Source of the DNA: Veleropilina oligotropha | Lineage: Eukaryota | Assembly (NCBI GenBank): GCA_048128005.1 | Contig: JBEUKZ010000109.1 | Location: forward strand, 62,001-126,000 | Direction of reading: 5' to 3' | Length of the DNA: 64,000 nt | Shown here: positions 61,101 through 64,000 of the stretch, one piece after another | Layout: every line of letters starts with the position of its first letter | How positions within the stretch are numbered: the stretch's first letter is position 1 | The notes under the pieces: generated by a model | Seen by the model: only the letters and a program-made list of their open reading frames with translations | Told to the model about the DNA's origin: nothing | Databases searched by the model: none | Position numbers and translations under genes: made by a program

Positions 61101-61982
61101 GTTTCAGATCAACAAGAGATGAAGCAAAGTTGTAGTTAATGAGTTTTAACTATGATATCTACAAGTTTGTTATTAGCATATATAAGTGGATAGAACATGT
61201 ATAATTACCTGAAATACATCAAAAATAGCAGATGACAGTTTTTTTGTTGTTGTTGTTGTAGCCTGTAGGTCTTCCACTCCTCCGCTGACTTTTCGGCTCA
61301 CAATCGCAAAATAGACATTTGTCAGCCATCGTGATGGTCAATTTTGGATTTTTATGAACAGGACTAGTCGAAATATTATTTTCACTTCAGAAACAGATTC
61401 TTTCCCACAGAAAACCGATGTGGGCGCGCCAAGATCATCTTCGTACGTCTATTTGAACAGAAGTTATAATTTTTTCCAGGGTTTTGGTGACCATTTTGGT
61501 GGCCATCTTGGATGTTTATACAGTTTTTCGCAGCATTGATGCTTAAAATCTGTCCCTTGTCATCGAAAACATACACAAAGACAGTTTGGTTAAGTATATA
61601 TAAATATATTGCCAAATATATGACAATTAGAAGATTTTGTAGTTTGTACGGCGGCCATCTTGGATTTATGCAAATGAAGGAGTTTTCGAATCATAATAAG
61701 AATTATTTCATTTGGTTCCTAATGTCTTAAAGTCCTGTTAAAACAGTTTAAATTGTTTTAAAATCCCTTCTAGAAGCCGAGATATCTTAATTATAGTATA
61801 TCAAATAGAACACTGGCGGCCATCTTGGTTTTATGCAAATTAGAAAAGTTGCCCAAAGATGACAGGGTGTCATCACGCGGATTTTCAATCTTTATGGTCT
61901 CAGTGACCCAAATCAATCAAAAAACATTGTATATACTCCACTTCCAGGTATACCCCTAAAATCCCAGTTGACTGCCAGACTA
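55102..61982 (-). mobile_element. Academ (AcademX-type) DNA transposon, full length
   Basis: TAG...CTA termini, imperfect ~420-450-bp TIRs (55102-55519 / 61534-61982), 3-bp TSD tca at 55099-55101 and 61983-61985. Confidence 0.85.
55858..60297 (-). CDS. AcademX-type transposase with XPG/FEN1-like nuclease and C-terminal Cys8 zinc finger (~1479 aa)
   Basis: Transposase-like motifs ADNFD, TCDQQLY, LGGMH and DMFIE. XPG-like LDGSA, VFDRY, HEEAD, DDTDV and LSGCD..FGIGK. CxC..C..CxC..CT..CxC tail. ATG follows a ttttcag acceptor. Confidence 0.85.
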   Translation of the reverse strand: MEEEECCFKWKFGCDPGATDLSSAGSARIKTIIKCSKQYGDGLHVVLQEKLDANSDLTIQCHRNCVSTYVSQQQVNRHLKRQGVPPQTSGGIPKKQQRRSGASNFEFLHHCIFCGLPCDIEKDPKHPDRWRRAVLCRTADRGSGAKSFKYVILETCDTRNDGWASEVRVRVLGALSDLHAADARYHVDCMSKFLGERSVKCASASVSHAGQNDDAFNALVNTLNQDLSQIWNSVELFQLYEDNGGTRLTARKQLVKQLSHHFGEDLLVLSSPGVANLVVFRSKTSGLLKLVPSDDCGELDSAINSVGKKIIQELQDVEHIERHYDIRIDKDSAADCVSDTLFHLLAKISPKLDKTLPAILIGNIITSLLRNIPTTLQIALGILMKDSKDIVKQLHHFGVSCSYDEVLRFKKSAAIAASTETSLAGLSDCHVGLVQAVADNFDADISSQNGKLSTHSLALLLTQPQHTSVSQDAVQQTIPRVKKADMSTPIQYELEIQRYNGPKKPNMPMKATKRVVLPLKFLAHKVIAKERATVNDFAFIKDITSGDACPEFNGYNTKLCREHGQSLSPKNKAVYMPLIDMPPADPDTMMTALVQAERLTAQTGQEFTIFTCDQQLYRVSLQILWTHPEQFEHVVLRLGGMHMLMSFVGAVGSLMAESGIAEVMNEAFSGVAKMLSGKKFPQNVRALRIVAEELLRRIVHENNMASYDELILFLDDMASSRTAKLWVDVVIKPVFIMMQYIRAEREGDWPLHREAVQQMMPYFFASGHVNYARYGLYYLRSMEGMPSEVRDRFMKGEHVMHHIPGVWNGIWSDMFIETTFMRYGHSHGGIIGITLRPDTLKTWALGLHIRSKLLEDIARMSDPDHEARQDTHKEEQKSRIAADAADRATIRQKLDRSIDPLSTSNEADKIVNIVSGRVAPVSVNVDKTVTIGTKQMKEFESAWPDGFYNPISKKVVTMQVTKKHVNIGTAKLFNTTLLFSRVIGLQASCRDTIDIKTLLSYELSPVPTSMFNDSGDMRTGKAKAQLKKQLQVEMASRNVSPKVDCRVLDGSAVLWVIHWPANGTVRDFVVNFKQYIQHKLTYSDVYLVFDRYQDFSTKSTTRCNRTTEASRVHRLALDTPLPPQKVVLTVSENKSQLMEIICQELTRDTTFHRDYTMAHKLVITSSCDNTPVEISYGGVVINREDMSTSHEEADCIIVQQAVTVATECKVGVSVIADDTDVFILLLHHYFERQLTSHMIMESPIHGRNVIDIQATVKQHQSIVDGLLSMHALSGCDTCACYFGIGKVRVLKVLREGYSLSLLGDIHALLPDITRQASKFVAACYGHKDCSNMSEARKKSWATKVGKGTTAIPKLKSLPPTTESFLENVKRAHLQAAVWKHALDLDPPSLDPTEHGYVRDDSSKTMLPKPIHEDVSLAPQEILKLIRCACESDRPCKSGRCGCVSGKLPCTVFCGCHAEDCHNELTNCDVASDADDDDDN

Positions 61983-64000
61983 TCAGTGGGTCAGCTGGGT
62001 TAAATTTGCTAAAAAGTGCGAAATTACCATTTCCACCTTGTCCGGATTTAGCGATAATAGGCTTATTATGGCATTAGTAAGGACGTAAGTATATTATTAT
62101 AGATACTAGGGATTACTCTTAATCCTCATTTTCATAAGGATTAATAAATTCAGTCCTAAATTAAAGAATCCGGATCAGTCCTTAAACTGGGATTTAATTC
62201 CATTTAGTCCGACACTTTCTGTATGTGGTCTTTCATAAAGTTATGATGGTTTAGAGATTATAATATTAGAACTAAGGATAAATGTTGTAAATATCGTTAT
62301 TGAATTAAAAGCATGCTCTTTTTATTCAAAATTGACATTTTTTATTTTAGTACAACGTTTGTCAATATATCTGATATTTTATTTATAGGTATGATAATCT
62401 CTAAACTATCATAACTTATGTGCAAAGAACATATATGTATTCAGAAAGTGTCAGATTAAATGGCGTTAAATCTCATTTTACGGAGCTGATTAGCGATCAG
62501 CATCTTATCTCTTTGCGCCCTACATACAAATTTTACGCTGTGTAGCCGCCTAAATTATATAACGTAAATTCATATTTTACATATATTTGGCTATTAGCAG
62601 CATATCTTCATTTTTGGTACAAATTCAGTCTAATGCTATTACATCTTAAATTCGTTATTTAATATAATAAATTATTATTATGTGTATTTATCTGTTAAAA
62701 TGTTGATTCTAATCCATTTTGTTGTATTTGGACATGTGCACTTCGTTTACAAGCCAACAACTACTACCGGTACGTCACAAACTCAGTAGTTTCATTCATT
62801 TAACATTTATCTATTGGGCTGGATATGGCCAATTCAGGGAGCAAAGAGTTAATGTAGACGTTTTATGAAATTTGTGTACATGTTCTAACTTAGCATATTG
62901 TCTGCCTTTTTGTCTTTGGTAAACGCCATGAAGCGCAGTGAATTTGTTTGCGAAACAAGACAAATATCGAAGCTAGATTTTGTTTCTGGCTGTACTGGAC
63001 TCTAGATAGCACCTGCAGCATATGTTACTATTCAATATAGCAGGTTGCGGCAAGTTGGTCTGTATACATCGCAGTGTTGACTTGTCATTGTTTTATCGTG
63101 AGAATATCCAGTCCCTTTCATATTTAGTTCCAGCATGTACCCCATATATATTCAATATATTTGGAAACAAATTTGTGTAACTGAGCTACTAATTTGTGTA
63201 TGGTACAATAAACTTTATTATAATGGCAAATCGTCAATCGTATTGTATAGGTAGATTATAGCAACTGCAACATACTAGACATTTATATTTCGATACAAGA
63301 TGTCCAAAAACATCCACAAAAACACTTTTCAGGATCATGCCAGGATAATTGTCATATTATCACAGAAGCAAAGTACGGTCACTCAGGTAATCTGCCCTCA
63401 CCGGTCAGCTATGGCCAACTGTGACCGTTAATTGAATAAATTGCCCTGCCGAGAATTCGAATCCACTGCTTTTGAGTCAGAGCGGTCTGTCCATCACAAC
63501 ACGTTGTGACCACCATTCGACCCTGATCCGTGCCGTATTATCAATGATGTACATTATTATTGAATAAGCTCCGTGTGCCATGACCCATGCTAAATGATGT
63601 TTTCATGGATAATTCATTTACCTGAATTAAAATTCTTAGTTATTGTATTCCCAGAATATCAATAGTCGGGGATAGTATGGTTTAGTCATCGTTCAGCCGC
63701 GCCCGCCGCAGATATTTCTTGTGTGCGCTCTACCGTGAAAAGTTATAATCCAATTTGATTCAAATTGCGTATGCACGTCAGATATGATGAGGACAAGCCA
63801 ACTAAAGACTTTCGTTGATTTCAGATCGAAGATGGCCGCCATGGCGGTCATTTTGTTTGGAAAGATTTCTTGTGCATGCTCTACAGTGAAAAGTTATTAT
63901 GGTATTTGATTCAAATTTGGTATGCACGTCAGTTAAGATGAGGACACGCCACCTAACGATTTTCGTTGTTTCCGGATACAAGATGGCGGCCATTTTGTTT

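Larger units (their letters stand above)
47821..62129 (+). mobile_element. DIRS1-like retrotransposon, copy 3 (recombinase degenerate; right ITR split by Academ)
   Basis: Left ITR 47821-48039. Right ITR 55006-55101 plus 61983-62129. ICR 54852-54941. 'cat' is shared by both ends. Confidence 0.95.

Overview
AT-rich animal (probably marine invertebrate) genomic DNA made almost entirely of nested transposable elements around one host gene, a dienelactone-hydrolase-family CDS (46244-46924). There are three divergent, co-oriented DIRS1-like tyrosine-recombinase retrotransposons (18027-25480, apparently intact; 35015-46094; 47821-62129), each with inverted terminal repeats, an internal complementary region (ICR), gag, RT-RNaseH-methyltransferase and an overlapping recombinase ORF. 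Other elements are an intact AcademX-type DNA transposon inside the third DIRS, a CR1-group LINE inside the second, a disrupted Sola-like transposon, Crypton-like hairpin elements, a solo-LTR-like insertion, tRNA-derived SINEs, MITEs and a 35-bp satellite. Comparing the three DIRS copies by eye gives the most interesting signals. First, both UTRs hold large conserved RNA-structure domains with compensatory base changes. Second, a single CCC-UAG-G gag stop lies in frame with the recombinase ORF and one base out of frame with an AUG-less RT ORF, suggesting a dual readthrough/+1 frameshift site. All family assignments come from motif recognition; no database searches were run.
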